This document shows positions 48,400 through 60,900 of a stretch of DNA of 64,000 bases, in pieces. This DNA is from Chiloscyllium plagiosum. Its lineage: Eukaryota. Both the position numbers and the translations under genes were made by a program. Position 1 is the stretch's first letter. Every line of letters starts with the position of its first letter. The notes beneath the pieces are model-generated. The model was given only the letters and a program-made list of their open reading frames with translations, did no database searches and was not told the origin of the DNA. Location: assembly GCF_004010195.1 (NCBI RefSeq), contig NC_057719.1, positions 55,634,000-55,697,999 of the forward strand. The letters run 5' to 3'.

Positions 48400-50090
48400 A
48401 CCTTGGAGGAGCCTGCCCTAAACTTTAATGCATCCCTCAGCATGATATCCTCGACTTTGGAATGTACCAGTCTGCAACACTACTGAGGACAACTCTTTGC
48501 ACTGGAAAACCAACTATGTTCAGACAAACGTAAAAAAATTCCTTTTGTTGGGTTGATAATCTTCAAGATGTAGTTGATTTTTGTCTCAGTGTCCATGCCA
48601 GGGAACAACCCATGGAGCTCAGAGTCCTGAGCTGCTTGGGACAAATTTTGTCAAAATCATTGCATTGCTCTCCAGAGCTTCTTTACAAAGGCACATTCCA
48701 GCATCTCAAAGACAACATGCAGTGGTGCAAAGAGTGTAGGTGTGCATGAAGGATGTGATGGGTAATGTCTTTCTAGCTATCAGCCAAGCTACTTCTTGGT
48801 GCTTGTTCGAAAGTTCTGCCAAATAACTTTGATAGTCTGCTCAGGGAAGCGTCTAATCGGATTGACTGTCTCCTTTCCTTACAGAGCCTCGAGGATGGTA
48901 TGCGTTGGATGTGAGTATAAGAGGTATAGTTAGTAAGTTTGCAGATGACACCAAAATTGGAGGTGTAGTGGACAGCGAAGAAGGTTACCTCAGATTACAA
49001 TGTGCTCTTGATCAGATGGGCCACTGGGCTGAGAAGTGGCAGATGGAGTTTAATTTAGGTAAATGCGAGGTACTGCATTTTGGGAAAACAAATCTTAGCA
49101 GGACTTATACACTTAATGGTAAGGTCTTAGGGAGTGTTGCTGAACAAAGAGACTTGGAGTGCAGGTTTATTGCTCCTTGAAAGTGGAGTCGCAGGTAGAT
49201 AGGATAGTGAAGAAAGCATTTGGTATGCTTTCCTTTATTGGTCAGAGTATTGAGTACAGGAGTTGGGAGGTCATGTTGCGGCTGTACAGGACATTGGTTA
49301 GGCAACTGTTGGAATATTGTGTGCAATTCTGGTCTCCTTCCTATCAGACAAATGTTGTGAAACATGAAAGGGTTCAGAAAAGAGTTTCAAGGATATTGGA
49401 GGATTTGAGCTATAGGGAGAGGTTGAATAGGCTAGGGCTGTTTTCCCTGGAGCGTCGTAGGCTGAGGGGTGACCTTATAGAGGTTTTAGAAAACCATGAG
49501 GGGCATGGATAGGATAAATAGACAAAGTTTTTCTTCCTGGGATTGGGGAGTCCAGAACGAGAGGGCATAGGCTTAGGGTGAGAGGGGAAAGATATAAAAG
49601 AGACCTAAGGGGCAACTTTTTCATGCAGAGGGTGGTACATGTATGGAATAAACTGCCAGAGGAAGTGGTGGAGGCTGGAACAATTGCAATATTTAAAAGG
49701 CATCTGGATGGTTTGAAGGGATATGGGCCAGGTGTTGGCACGTTGGAATGGATTAGGTTGGGATATCTGGTTGGCATGGATGAGTTGGACCAAAGGGTCT
49801 GTTTCCATGCTTTTACATCTCTATGAGTCTATGACTCTATATGCTGGCTATTACCTGGTGGTCAATGGTATTTTTGCTGCATGGACGTTTCCATGAGGGA
49901 AAGCTGGCACAGAATGGTCCAACTTCTCAGGCATTCCACAGCAACATGGCCAGGGCCATCCTTCAAGCATCAGTGACAGATAGAACCTCAGCACGTAGTG
50001 ACACTTTGGGGTGGATATGTTCTAATCCCAGAGATTTGTGCATCACGCCCTGGCGGACACAATTCATCTTTGACCTCCAGACAAAATAGA
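48400..50090 (-). mobile_element. Old Tx1-clade LINE fragment interrupted by a CR1
   Basis: 48770-48900 and 49845-50050 are collinear with 53255-53600 (TCTTGGTGCTTGTT, GTCTGCTCAGGGAA, ACGTAGTGACACTT). Confidence 0.7.
48904..49839 (+). mobile_element. Young 5'-truncated CR1
   Basis: SKFADDTKIGGVVDSEEG..ERRRLRGDLIEV; tail CTATGAGTCTATGACTCTA; 5-bp TSD TATGC at 48899-48903 and 49840-49844. Confidence 0.95.
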
Positions 50091-50867
50091 TGATGGCTCA
50101 GCTAACTGCTGTGGTGCAGGTTAAGTGCCAAATCTGCAAAAAGTACAGCAACATCGAAAACAGCTCCCACCGAATGACTTATTTTTTACCGACAATGGAG
50201 ACGGCGCAGTCCTCACACATACACAGTTTCTGCCTTACGTTGGGTTCCTCCCAAATTTCATCTCACATACACTCACCCCTCCAAAAAAAAAACAGTAGTA
50301 TTGGAACAGTGAAAGGCTTGTGTACAATGGCAATTCTGGACAGTAGATAAAACTGATCCTGAAACCAATAGTACTGGTTGTGGCACCAGTAATGCTGGTT
50401 CTGCCATCAATCATACTGGTCAAGGTGCCTGTTGTGATGCCGCATGCTGGAAATGCACATTATGGTGCTAGTCTGTAGACAGTAAGTGTTACTATCTGTG
50501 ATGTTATATGTGGATGCTGCCCAGACGGATACTCTATGCTTTCCTGGAGTCCAACAAACTAGATATAAAAGTTTTGATATGTAGGTGTTTGTGCTGCTCG
50601 GGGTGTATGTGACAACATCAATTGCGGCACTCAGATAAGAATATGAAAGTTATTTTAATGTAAATGATAGTTCACAGCCAATGTAAAAAACACAATTCAC
50701 AGTGTAAAAGATGCTAAATGGAACTACAACACCCCCTCCCACCCCAATCCCAACATAAACATGGCTTGCTTACTGTGTTCAACTCCATTATCCAAGTTAT
50801 AACTGCGGAATTGGGCTAACTCCTTGTAGACCTTTTTGTCAGTCATCTCCTTGGAGCATCAGTGACA

Positions 50868-51870
50868 AAGAACAATACTGTACAAGAACAGGCCCTTTAG
50901 GCATCAAAGCCTGCACCATCATACTTTGCCCTCCCATTGTAAAACTGTCTTCTCTTACAGGATCTATATCCCTCTATTCCTTTCAATTCATGCATTCGTT
51001 CAGGTACTTCTTGAATGCTGCTATTTTGTCTGCTTTCACCACCTCTTCTGTAACGCATTCCAGGCACTCACCACCCTTGCATATCTCTTTTAAACTTGTC
51101 CCCTCATACCTTGAATCTGTGTCCCCATGTATTTGACCCCTCCAACCTGGGAAAAATCCTCACTATAGAGCCTCATTCTACCCATGCCATTCATAATCAC
51201 ATAAACTTCTATTAGGTCACTCCTCAACCTCCTGCATTCCAGTGAAAACAAACCCAGAATATCTAACCTTTCTCTCTTAGCTAAAATCCCCCATATGAGG
51301 CAACGTCCTAGTAAACCTACTCCAAAGCTTCCACATCCTTCTGGTACTGTGGTTACCAGAAATCTACCCAATATTCCAAGGGTGGCCTAACTAAAGTGCT
51401 ACAAAGCTGCAGCATAACTGGTCTACCCTTATACCCAATGCCTCTTTCAATGAAGACAAGCATGGATTTTACTACCTTATCTACCTGTGCTGCCACCTTC
51501 AGTGATCTGTGAACCTGCACTCCTAGATCCCTCTACCTATCAATACTCCTAAGGGTTCTGCCATTCATTGTATAATTTCCACCTGTACTTGACCTTCCAA
51601 AATGCATCATCTCGCACTTGTCCAGTTGAAACTCCATCTGCCATTTTTCTGCCCATGCCTCCAACTGATCTAGATCCTGCTGTATCCTCTTGACAGTCCT
51701 CCTCATTATATGAAACATTACCAATCTTCGTATCATCCACAAAATTACTAATTGGACCAGCTACCTTTTCCTTTAATTCATTTATGTGGATCATGAGCAG
51801 CAGAGGTCCCAGCACTGATCCCTATGGAACACCACAAGTCACGGTCCTCCATTCTGAAAAACATCCTTCC
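50868..51870 (-). mobile_element. CR1 3' fragment
   Basis: LGPLLLMIHINEL..NFVDDTKIG, WAEKWQMEF, LECRRLRSDLIEVY. Confidence 0.9.
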
Positions 51871-52232
51871 ATCAGAAAGGCTTATGCTCAAAACGTCGAC
51901 TCTCCTGCTCCTTGGACGCTGCCTGACCTACTGTGCTTTTCTAGCACTACACTTCTTGAAATGTTGTAATTATACCAGCCTCCACCACTTCCGTTGGCAG
52001 CTCATTTTATATATGCATGACCCTTTGCATGAATAAGTCACCCCTTAGGCCCCTTTCAAATTTATCCCCTCTCACCCTAAACATGCACCTTCTGTTTCTA
52101 GACTCCCTCTCCCCAGGGAAAAGACCTCGTCAATTTACCCTATCCACGCCCCTCATGATTTTATAAACCTCTGCAATGTCACTTCTCAGCCTCTGCTGCT
52201 CCAGGGAAAACAGCCCCAGCCTATTCAGCTCT
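51871..52232. mobile_element. Degenerate PLE repeat (+, ~51871-51952) followed by a CR1 fragment (-, ~51952-52232)
   Basis: AAGGCTTATGCTCAAAACGTCGACTCTCC; CCCCTCATGATTTTATAAACCTCT..CCAGGGAAAACAGCCCCAGCC. Confidence 0.8.
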
Positions 52233-52365
52233 CAAAGGAACTCAAGTGAGTGCATCATTAAAAACTATAACTGTTTGCAATAGAGCTTTTCTCTATAAAC
52301 ACTCAGCTTAACAGGAGAAAGTGCAGGTTTAATTTAAGATGAGTGTCCACATGGATGAAGCAAGT

Positions 52366-52446
52366 ACCCACTTTGCCATGGATTGACCCATTCTGCCATG
52401 GTTTGACCCATTCTGCCATGGATTGACCCATTCTGCCATGGATTGA
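52366..52446. repeat. Minisatellite, 20-bp unit x ~4
   Basis: ACCCATTCTGCCATGGATTG repeated head-to-tail. Confidence 0.95.
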
Positions 52447-53248
52447 TCTATCTCAGAATATAGGAGTTTGACACAGTAACAGCCAAGGATTTGCCAAACA
52501 GCAAGTCTGCCTTGAAGCTGAAAAAATTTCCCCTTTGGTGCTTTGTAATCTCCAGCCCTGCAATTGCAACTGCTGCAGGAAAAGGACTTGTAATGTTCTG
52601 CCTTGGAAATCTAGAAATGACACACCCTGCAGAGAGTCGGGGATGGGAGCTGAGAAGGTAGGAACTGGGGGGCACAGGAGCAGTAAGAGCATCATGTTGG
52701 GTGTGCAGGAGTTGTGACTGTGGGCATTTAAGAGGAATGAGCTGTGAAGGTGGGTATTGAGGGAAGGGATAGGGATTGTTGGGGTGCCAAGTGGGAGAGT
52801 AATGGGGCCTGGGATTGAGAGAGTGGGTAGGAGAGTAGCCTAAAAATAAAAAAAAGGCAAGTGAAGACAACTTTCAATAGGATGATTTAGAGAGACAGCA
52901 TGGGGTTTAATATGAAATAATCTGAATCCGTGCTGAAAAGTCATGTAAACCATTGGTGCCAGATTTGAGAGCAACAAAATGACCAGTCACCTCCCGTACA
53001 AATCCAGATCTGACCAGATTAAAACCTGTATATTCAGTAAATCTTGATTTGGTTTCATACTGGTCCATGTGGGTTTTTCCATATGGGTGTCTCGCAGTTT
53101 GAGGTTATCTGCCCTGATGGTGAAGGAGATAAAGCATTGCTTCACCCAGTTCACAAATATAGCCTTACTAAACAACAAAACAAAAACTGTGGGTGCTAGA
53201 AATCTGAAACAAAAACATAAATTGTGGAGAGAAACTCAGCTGGTCAGC

Positions 53249-56085
53249 TTCTCAGCACCAGCCAAGCCATGTCTTGGTGCTTGTTGGAAAGTCTGGCAGT
53301 GAGGCATTCTGCCAAATGACTTTGACAGTCTGCTCAGGGAACTGCTCAACAGGATCCGCCCTCTCCTTTTCCCGAAGGATCTCAAGGACACTACGTGCCG
53401 ACCACTTCCTGATGGATTTGTGTTCAAAGGTGTTTTTCTTCACAAATTTCTCCAGGAAGGACAGGTGATACGGAACGATCCAACTACTTGGAGTGTTCCA
53501 CGGCAGCGAGGCCAGGCCCATCCTTCGCAACATCAGGGAGAGGTAGAACCTACATACGTAGTGACACTTGGTGTTTGCGTACCGGGGATCCACGCACAGC
53601 TTGATGCACCCACACACAAAGGTGGCCTTCAGGGTGAGAGAAGCATTGGGTGTGTTTTTTTCCCCTTTTGTCCAGAACTTTGTAAATGGTGTCTCTTTGG
53701 ACCCAGTCCATCTTTGATCTCCACATGAAGTGGAAAATGGCTTGAGTGACTGCGGCGGTGCAGGTTTGGGGAATAGGTCAGACCTGTGCCACATATAACA
53801 ACACTGAGAGTAGCTCACAGCAGATAACCAGTTTTTACGTGGCGATGGAGAGTGACCATTGATCCCATCTGCCCAGTTTCTGCCTCACTTCAGTGACCTG
53901 CTCCTCCCAAGAGTTGGTGCATGCCGCAGCCTCTCCGAACCAAACACCCAGCACCTTCAGGTGGTCAGTCTGACGGTGAAGGGGATAGAGGATTGGTCGG
54001 CCCAGTTTCCAAAGAGCATGGCCTCACTCTTGCCTCAAATTTACCTTGGCCCCCGAGGCCTGTTCGAACTGGTTGCAGGACAGCAGACCTGAGCAGAAAA
54101 CGGTGACTTCATTCATGTACAGGGAGGCTTTAACCTGTAGGCCCCCACTGCCAGGAATAGTCGCCCCTCTCAGGCTCACATCTTTCCTGATGTACTCAGC
54201 AAATGTCTCTATACAGCACACAAACAGAGCAGGAGAGGGCAGCCTTGCATGACTCCAGATCTGACTGGAAAGCTGTCTGATACCCACCCATTTATTGAGA
54301 CTGCACTAACAGGGTGGCATGGTGGCTCAGTGGTTAGCACTGCTGTCTCACAGTACCAGGGACTTGGGTTTGATTCCATCCTCAGGTGACTGTCTGTGTG
54401 GTGTTTGCACATTCTCCCAGTGTTTCCACTGGGTGCTATAGTTTTCTCCCACAATCCAAAGATGTGCAGGTCAGGTGAATTGGCCATGCTAAATTTCCCA
54501 TAGTGTTAAGTGCATTAATTAGGGTGGGTCACTCTTCAGAGGATCGGTGTGGACTTGTTGGGCCGAAGGGCCTGTTTTTCCACACTGTAGGGAATCCAAT
54601 CAAACCTAACAATGCTGGTGTACAGCAGTCCGATCCAATTGCAGATTTCCTCTCCAAAGCTTATTTTGGACAGAACATCTCTCATGTATGTGTGCGATAT
54701 CCTGCCAAAGGCTTTCTTTTGGTCCAGGCTGATAAGGCAAGTGTCCACTCCCCTTGTCCTGCTCGTAGGCGATCGCATCCCTGAGGAGTGAAAGACTCTC
54801 AGCGATCTTCCTGCCCAGTAAAGTGCAAGTTTGGTCAGGGTGAATCACCGATCCCAGAGCAGACCTGACCTGATTGGCAATGACCTTTGACAAGATTTTG
54901 TAATCCACATCTAACAGTGAGATTGGTCGCCAATTTCTAATTTCCTCCCTCTCCCCCTTCTGCTTGTAGATGAGGGTGATTATGCCTTTCCTCATGGATT
55001 TGCTCATGGTACCTGCCCGAAGCATACTGACGTACACCTCCAGCAGGTCCTGGCCAATCAAGTCCCACAGAGCAGAATAGAACTCGACTGGTAAGCCATC
55101 GCTTCCGGGAGTTTTGTTCTTTTCGAAGGACTCAAGGGCCTTGGTCAGCTCATCCAGAGATAGCGGCTGGTTCAGACTCCCATGTTCTGTCAACTAAGAC
55201 CTCCGTGATAGAGGACAGCAATGACTGGGAGGCCGAGCTGTCAGTTGGCTTCAAGTCATACAGACTGACATGGAAGGACTTGCTGATCTTCATGATGTCA
55301 GCCTGAGATGACGTTACCGAGCCATCTTCTTCCTTCAGGCTGCTGAGCATGGAGCTCTCCTTGTGCACCTTCTGGAAAAAGAAACGTGAGCACGTCTTGT
55401 CCTGCTCCTTGGAGTGCTCCTTGGAGTGGACCTTGGACTAGAAGTTTATCTTGGAGGCCTCTGAGACAAATAGTGAGGCTTGCTGGCCCTTTACTTCCTG
55501 AAGGTCCTCCGTTAAATTGTTTGCAGCAGGAGCAAGTTCTGCATACTGTCCTGGGGTCTGGACAGTTTTCCCCACCTCTCTTTTGCCTCCTGAACATCTT
55601 TGAGGATGAAGAACCTCTTGAAGTTCCCTTTTACTGTTTCCCACCAGTCTGCTGGAGACTCAAAGAGGGGCTTCACAGTTCGCCAACCTACATAATCCCT
55701 CTTGAGCTCCTCAAAGTTTCCTGAGGTCAACAACTTTGTATTCAGCTTACCAGCCCACTGCTTGTCCTGTAGGTGACAGTTGGCCAGCAGGTGGCAGTAG
55801 TCAGAGAAGAACACCAGCTTGACGTCGGTGGATCTGACCGAGAACTTGCGGGAGGCAAACAGGAAATCTATCCTTGGGTGGATAGACCCATCTGCCTGTG
55901 ACCAGGTATATCTACACTGCGCTCTGTCTACAGAGGTGCTGAAAACATCGCACAGCTTGGCTTCTTCGACTATTTCCATCAGGATTCTGGACATGGGGTC
56001 CAGTTTACTGCCCACCATCCCCGCCCCACTCCCCCCCCCCGCGCCGCCCGCCCGCCAGCCCGCCAGATCATCCATCTGCATCAAT
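53249..56085 (-). mobile_element. Tx1-clade (L1 group) non-LTR retrotransposon ORF2 pseudogene, truncated at both ends
   Basis: APE end YTWSQADGSIHPRIDFLF..FSDYC; RT KNKTPGSDGLPVEFY, NWRPISLLDVDYKILSKVIAN, SLDQKKAFGRISH, SGVMQGCP, SLYMNEVTVF (mutated YMDD); frameshifts. Confidence 0.93.
54312..54605 (+). mobile_element. V-SINE inserted in the Tx1 RT
   Basis: Head, V-domain and tail present; TSD CTAACA at 54306-54311 and 54606-54611; removing it rejoins LLYTSIV-SAVSING. Confidence 0.93.
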
Positions 56086-57689
56086 GATACAGTTGAAGTT
56101 TCCAGCCAGAATGATCGGCCTGAATGTAACTAGCAACAGTGGAAGCTGCTGCAGGATGGCCAACCATTCACTCTTACCCGCTGGAGTGTACTAGAGCTAC
56201 ATCTTTTGCTCAGTGTCCAATCACTGCTAATTGCCACCATTGTGAAGCATATCTCTATATCTCTTTAGAGTCATGGCAATATTGCTCCCACATGCTAGTG
56301 ATGAAAAAAGTCAACTTGTTAATCAGAAAAAAATATTCTTAACACCCTCTGTTTTATCAACATAGATTGTTATTTTCAGGAATGAATTCATTTGTCTAAT
56401 TAAACTGTAAACGTTCAGCTTCTGCCTTCAAATGCTCAGGAGTTCCTGAATCATTGAGCAGCAAATCAGAACAAACAGTCAGAGGCTCAAAGCAAAACTA
56501 CATTCAACCCTTTGCTGAAGTGGATCACAGTGTTGCTGAAACTGTTTCTCAGATGCTTCTGGAACAGATTTCAGAACATGACTTTCTTAAAAAAAAACCG
56601 AAGGTTCAATCTTCTGCTTTCTTTTAGCGTTCTTATGTAATGAGCTGTTAAGCAAACTAGCAAAGGTTGATTTTGAAAGGAGCATTGTCAGACATGTAAA
56701 TTGCAAAATTTGCTTGAAGGTATTATGCAAAGATTGAATTTTATATTGAATTAACACCTCAACATAGGAGTACGTTGAAGCAAAATGGAAGAATATTAAG
56801 TGGACACCTCGATCTGTCGGTTTCATTCAGATAGGTGGTAAATACCTCCAGGCAAAGTCAAGATGTCCTGAGGAATTTACATGATACAGTGACAAAGGAA
56901 AAAGATGAAACCCATTTCAGTCTGTAAAATCTTCAGTGTACCAAGTAACTCATTGAATACGTTTTTTATAGTTTTACTAAATTTTAATTTCATTATTTTA
57001 TTTAATCTTTTAAAAGTAATTTTCTTTTCACCAAATTCTGAATTTATGTAGATTAAACTATTTTTCATGCGATTTTTAATCTTATGTTCCATTTTATCTG
57101 CTGTGTCAGTTTGACAAATGGCTCAAATCAAGTAACACGTTCTGTGATCAAAAGGCTAATATAGCTGCCAAATGGAAGCAAACAATTGGAGATTGTTTCA
57201 GGGGGGTTTTTTTAAGCACGTGAGAGGAGCTTTCTTGCCATGAATATGACTAGATATTCTTTCTGATATCTTAGCTTCGTATAAGGTTTGAAGGAATTTA
57301 TGGCTGTCAGAAAATTAACCACTTTACAGTGAAAACCAAAACCTGGAGATAAAGGAAAGCTGACAGTTGTTGAAACAATGTGACATTGCAAATAACCAGA
57401 TGCACGCTAATAGCGTGACAAAAATGAAAGCGAATGAAAAGAAAAGGCAGAATCAGCGATCCCGGACTTTTCATCAACGAGCTGCATTCACAGGGAATGT
57501 AGGACAGAGAAATGGAAAACTAGAAGTGACAGCAAAATCTTAAGGAGTGCATCAGAACAATCCGTAAGAATCTTTGCAAAGATTAGAAAATCTGTCAAAA
57601 TTCACTAGTTCACAAGTATCACGCATGACTGACATACCATAAAAATCAATTTGTATTGTGTTGGATTACTCCTAGTGCTATGTAGTACT

Positions 57690-60600
57690 GAATATGAGAA
57701 TAGAAGAATACAGCAGATGAATGGGTGACTGGACAGGAAGTGCAGGAGGGAGAGCTTCAGATGCCTGAGGCTTTGGAATCATTTCTGGGGTGGGACACCT
57801 GTATAAGGTGGACAGGTTACATTTGAACAGGAACGGGAGAAACATCCTGGCAGAATGGTTTGCTGATACTGTTGGGGCAGGTTAAAACTGGATGGGCAGA
57901 CAGATGGGATCCTTATAAATCGTCAAAGGGGGAGAGAGATGGAATTAGAATTTAAAGGCAAGTGAGTCAGCCTGGAAGGCAGAGGAAATGGAGGTTAGAT
58001 AAGAAAGAAGTTAGGTTAGCAGGGTTATATGTAATCCATTTTAGTGCAAAGAGGTTGAGGAATAAGATAGATGAGCTGAGGGCACAATGTGAGTATAATA
58101 TCATACCAATGACTAAGAATAGGCTGAAAGATGGGCAAGATTGGCAGCTCAGTATTTCTGTTATAGAGTATTGAGTCAAGATTGAGAGGCGGATAGAGGA
58201 GGAGGTGAGATAATACCTTGGAAGGATCATAAATGAGTAAAAGTGAAAAACACACAAGGGTTAAACATGCTGTTGGATATGTAATATAGGACCCCAGACA
58301 ATCAGAAAGAAACAGAGGATCAAATATCTGATCAAATTTCACAGAATTATAAGGATACAAAGGCAGTAATATTGGTGGATTTTAACTACCCTAAGTGTGC
58401 AAGTAGGGAAGGAACAAAATTCTTAAATTGCATCCAAGAGAACGTTTTTAGCCAGTAATGCACAAAAGACCAAGAACAAAAGGCATATTTGAAAATGAGC
58501 CCAGCAGGTGGAAGGCTTATTGGTAAGGGAGCATTTTCAGATAGCGACCTTAACTTGTTTAGATCGAATAAAATAGAATTCATAGATTTAGAATAGTTCT
58601 TGAAAAAGATAAGCATGCGTGGGAATAAATGTTCAAAAAGACTAATTATACTAAGTTATGATTTGGCCCATGTAGCCTAGGAGAAATAACTTGCAGATAA
58701 ACCTCAGAATTAAATTAGAAAAGCAATTGAGAAAGCATTGGTAGGTAGAATAAGGGAAAATCTAAAACTTATTTTAAATATATATATAAAGAGCAAGAGA
58801 ATAACCTGAGAAAGAGTAGGGTCTGTTAGGAACCTGAAAGATATGGTCACAATCCATAATAAATACTTAATGTTGGTCTTCACAATGGAAAATGATGAAG
58901 CTGGTATAGACATTAGGGTGAAGGACTGTGAAATATTTGAACAAATTGACATAGAAGAAGATAAAATACTAGTGGGTTTATCAACCTTAAAAGTGGATAT
59001 GTTCACAGGCCCAGATGAGATCCATCCCTGGCTGAATTGAAGGGCAATGGAGAAGGTATCAGGCACCCTGGAAGTAAATTATAAAGCCTCTCTTGCTATG
59101 ATGAGGTGTCAGAGGATTGAAGAACTGTTAGTGTAGTCCCATTATTACAAAATGGAATAAGGAATAGACCAAGAAATGGCAAGCCTATCATCTATTCTTG
59201 ATGCTAGGAAAATTATGAGAAAGAATTCTTGGGGACAGAGTATGTCTGCACTGGCTGAGACAGAAATTAGTCAGGGAGAGTTAGCATAGGCTTGAAGGAA
59301 GGTTCTGTCTGCCACATTTAATCAAATAATTGAATGCATTTGATGTGATCTATATGAACTTTAGCAAGTTTTTTAATAAGGTTTCTCATGGAAGACTGGC
59401 CAGGAAATCAGGACCCTCTGCGACTCCTCGGTAAAGTAACACTTTGGATCAAATTTTGGCTGAGAAACAGGAAGCAGAGGGTGAAGGTAAATGGATGCTT
59501 CTGTGACTGAAAATCTATTTCTGGTGTGGTTCTGCAGTGCTTGATGCTGGGGCCCTTGCTATTTATGGTGTCCATTAATATTTTGAACTGAAATGTCAGG
59601 GATATGCGGGTGACATGAAAATTGATCAACTGGTAAATAGTGAAGAAATAGCCACAATTTGCAGAGTAGTGGCAGATGGAATTCAAACCAGAAAAGTGTG
59701 AGATTACGAGTCTGGAGCGGGCATGGGTTTGTACTATGAATTGTAGGATCATCAAAAGTACTGAAGATGAGAGGGTCCACAAATCCCAAAAGTTCCAGGA
59801 CAGGTAGATAAGGTAGTTAAGAAGGTATGTGAGATATTTGCCAAGTTATTAGTAGCCAAATCATAGAATAGAGCAAGGATAACTTGCTGGAACTGTATAA
59901 AATACTGGTTAAGCCATAACTGGAGCAGTTCTGGTCAACACATTATCAGAAGATATGATTGCATGAGACAGGGTGCAGATAAGATTTACCTGGATGCTGC
60001 CTGGGCTACAGGGTATGAGCTATGAGGAAAGAGTAGATCGCTGAGATTGTTTTCCTTGGGACAGCAAAGGTTGAGAGGGGACTTGGTAGAGATGTGCAAG
60101 ATTAAGAGAGGCACAGATATGGTAGATAGGAAGGCACTTTTTCTATTTGTCAAGGGTCAATAAACAATAAATAATATAGATTTAATAGGCAGCACAGTGG
60201 ATCAGTGATTAGCACTGCTGCCTCACAGGGACCTGGGTTCAATTCCAATATGGGGCGGACTCTCTGTGTGAAGTTTGCACATTCTCCCATGTCTGCACAG
60301 GTTTCTGTCGGCTGCTCTGATTTCCTCTCTCAGTCCAAAGATGTGCAGGTTAGGTGTCCAGGGATTTGCAGGATAGTTGGATTAACCACGGTAACTCTGG
60401 AGTTAATGGGATTAGATGGGATGCTGGATCTGGATGGGATGCTCTTCAAAGGGTCAATGCAGACTCGATGGGCCTCTTATTGCGCTATAGGGGATTCTGT
60501 GTTTCTATGATAAAGGTAAGAGACAGAAGGCTAAGAGAAGAGTGGAGGAGAAATCATTTCCCTCAAAGGATGGTTGGAATAGGAGAATGCCTCAATGGAT

Positions 60601-60770
60601 GATTAAGTTGGAAACACTCATAATATTTATGGACTATTTCGATATTTGCTTGTTATCATGGTTTTCAGGGCTGTGGTCAAAAGTTGGAAAACGGGACAAG
60701 TGTAGTCAGATCTTCGTTAACTGGCATGAATGCAATGTGTTGAATGACCTCCATCTGTGCTATAAACATT
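57690..60770 (+). mobile_element. Old long CR1: end of ORF1 (SGNH-esterase-like) plus decayed ORF2 and 3' end
   Basis: CRRESFRCL..HLYKVDRLHLNRNGRNILA at ~57730-57855; SAKRLRNKIDELRAQ, VDFNYP, GPDEIHP, YMNFSK motifs. Confidence 0.88.
60188..60510 (+). mobile_element. V-SINE inserted in the CR1 3' region
   Basis: GGCAGCACAGTGGATCAGTGATTAGCACTGCTGCCTCACAG head; V-domain; tail GACTCGATGGGCC..TTCTATGA. Confidence 0.88.
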
Positions 60771-60900
60771 GATGAGTTTATGGGTACAGCTTGAGACGTT
60801 TTTTCTGTTAAAGGAACTATGAAAATACAAGTTGTTATGTAAATAATCATTTTGTAGAATTTGAAATGCACTTGCTTGAACTCAACAAGATAGCTTACAG

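Noticed and set aside
52366..52446. CRISPR-like direct repeats
   Set aside because: The units are head-to-tail with no unique spacers, in eukaryotic DNA with no cas genes; this is a minisatellite.
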